Source: Gemmatimonadota bacterium
GTDB lineage: Bacteria > Gemmatimonadota > Gemmatimonadetes > Gemmatimonadales > GWC2-71-9
Direction of reading: 5' to 3'
DNA length: 46,813 bases
Assembly (NCBI GenBank): GCA_039591655.1
Contig: JBDHDE010000017.1
Coordinates: 1-46,813 of the forward strand
The notes beneath the pieces are model-generated. The model did not search any database. It was not told the DNA's origin and was given only the letters and a program-made list of their open reading frames with translations. The translations under genes and the position numbers were made by a program. Shown piece after piece: positions 45,378-46,813 of the stretch. Each line of letters starts with the position of its first letter. Positions within the stretch are counted from its first letter, which is position 1.

Positions 45378-46397
45378 ATGAACATCGAAGCACTGGCATC
45401 CACGGCGCAGGAGATCGTCTCCCCGGGCCGGGGCATCCTGGCCGCCGACGAGAGTTCCTCGACAATTGCGAAGCGGTTCAAGTCCATCAAGGTGGAGTCC
45501 ACCGAGGAGAACCGGCGCTCCTACCGCGAGCTGCTGTTCACCACGAAGGGCACCGGCGAGTTCATCGGCGGGGTGATCCTGTTCGACGAAACCATACGGC
45601 AGAGCGCCAAGGACGGCACGCGGTTCGTCGAGGTGCTGCGGAAGGCAGGGAGCATTCCGGGGATCAAGGTGGACACCGGTGCCAAGGCGCTGGCGGGATT
45701 CCCCGGCGAGAAGATCACCGAGGGGCTCGACGGGCTGCGGGACCGGTTGAACGAGTACTACGACCTCGGCGCCCGGTTCACCAAATGGCGCGCCGTGATC
45801 ACCATCGGTGACGGAATTCCCACCCGGTTCTGCATCGACGCCAACGCCCACGCCCTGGCGCGCTACGCCGCGCTGTCCCAGGAGGCGGGACTCGTGCCCA
45901 TAGTGGAGCCCGAAGTGCTCATGGACGGCGACCACACCATCGACGTCATGGAGCACGTCACGGCCACCGCGCTGGAGAGCGTGTACTTCCACCTGCACGC
46001 GCACCGGGTGGTGCTCGAGGGCACGCTACTCAAGCCCAACATGGTGCTCTCGGGTAAGGACTGCCCCACCCAGGCGGGGGTGCAGCAGGTCGCGCAAGCG
46101 ACGATCCGAACGCTCAAGCGTTGTGTTCCGGCTGACGTGCCCGGCATCGTGTTCCTCTCGGGCGGCCAGACCGACGAGAAGGCAACGGCCCACCTGAACG
46201 CCATGAACCGGATGGGCAAGCACCCCTGGGAGGTGAGCTTCAGCTACGGACGTGCGTTGCAGGCACCGGCGCTCAAGGCGTGGGTTGGCAAGAAGGAGAA
46301 CGTCCCGGCGGCCCAGCAGGCGTACTACCACCGCGCCAAGCTCAACGGCGCCGCGCGGTTCGGCAAGTACACTGCCGCTATGGAGGGCGCCGCGTAG
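45378..46397 (+). CDS. Class I fructose-bisphosphate aldolase (eukaryote-like glycolytic family)
   Basis: GILAADES, GIKVD, KWRAV, PIVEPEV, Schiff-base LKPNM, FLSGGQ, FSYGRALQ. Confidence 0.95.
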   Translation: MNIEALASTAQEIVSPGRGILAADESSSTIAKRFKSIKVESTEENRRSYRELLFTTKGTGEFIGGVILFDETIRQSAKDGTRFVEVLRKAGSIPGIKVDTGAKALAGFPGEKITEGLDGLRDRLNEYYDLGARFTKWRAVITIGDGIPTRFCIDANAHALARYAALSQEAGLVPIVEPEVLMDGDHTIDVMEHVTATALESVYFHLHAHRVVLEGTLLKPNMVLSGKDCPTQAGVQQVAQATIRTLKRCVPADVPGIVFLSGGQTDEKATAHLNAMNRMGKHPWEVSFSYGRALQAPALKAWVGKKENVPAAQQAYYHRAKLNGAARFGKYTAAMEGAA

Positions 46398-46400
46398 GGC

Positions 46401-46813
46401 CTACAACCGCTCCCTGAGGACCTCCGGCGTGAAGCCCTGCAGCCAGCCGGCCAGCAGGGTGAAGTAGCCCGTGACGAGGAGGACGCCGACGAACACCAGG
46501 ATGCCGCCGGCGATCTTTGTGGTGAGCGGGATGTACATGCGGAACTTCTTGAACCAGTCGATGAACTTCTCGACGGCGACCGCCGCCACCAGGAACGGCA
46601 CGGCGAGCCCCAGCGAGTACGCCAGCAGCAGCAGCAGCCCCTCCCCCAGCGTGGATTGGACGCCGGTGTACATGAGGATCGATCCCAGAATGGGGCCGAT
46701 GCACGGCGTCCAGCCGGCGCCGAAGGCAATTCCCACCAGCACGCTGCCGAGGTAGCCCACCGGCTTGTCCTGCAGGTGGACCCGGCCCTCCCGGGCCAGC
46801 GGCCCCCAGCGGA
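46401..46813 (-). CDS. ccdA: Cytochrome c biogenesis protein CcdA (DsbD TM domain), 5' partial
   Basis: AFGAGWTPCIGPILGSIL, YSLGLAVPF. Frame runs off the window end. Confidence 0.9.
   Translation of the reverse strand, partial: RWGPLAREGRVHLQDKPVGYLGSVLVGIAFGAGWTPCIGPILGSILMYTGVQSTLGEGLLLLLAYSLGLAVPFLVAAVAVEKFIDWFKKFRMYIPLTTKIAGGILVFVGVLLVTGYFTLLAGWLQGFTPEVLRERL

Noticed and set aside
1..46813. CRISPR array, IS element, rRNA
   Set aside because: No regularly spaced repeats, transposase/integrase motifs or rRNA signatures were seen.

Overview
High-GC bacterial chromosomal segment, mostly core genome. Gene content (GWxTD protein, TonB-dependent receptor, many lipoproteins, MglAB, Hanks-type kinases) suggests a diderm such as Gemmatimonadota; this is inference, not a database result. 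About 43 real CDS can be picked from the many GC-driven shadow ORFs. A long minus-strand run carries amidase, GWxTD protein, Ser/Thr kinase, nrdJ, ispG, TBDR+lipoprotein, cobB-pyk-MBL hydrolase, ytxH-yihY-ltaE, trkAH, SRP RNA, dnaX-ybaB-recR-orf-mglB-mglA-pgsA-cinA and grpE-dnaJ. A plus-strand operon encodes a double-FHA protein, a kinase, a PP2C phosphatase and an FHA-trypsin protease. It is followed by anmK-murQ, ggt, a class I aldolase and ccdA. No mobile element, CRISPR array, tRNA or rRNA is evident. The best candidate for an undescribed system is a phospho-threonine signalling and cell-envelope remodelling locus at about 29.8-43.3 kb. There, back-to-back promoters drive (i) writer, eraser and reader proteins plus a trans-membrane FHA-gated protease and (ii) amidase, GWxTD protein and a kinase-TonB_C fusion, next to peptidoglycan-recycling genes. 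Other notable items are an MglA with a ~32-aa insertion and a small partner ORF, a perfect CRP-type site, a 17-bp-period duplication creating an out-of-frame uORF at ispG, and a gamma-carbonic anhydrase gene relic. Start codons were refined by eye and all family calls are motif-based.
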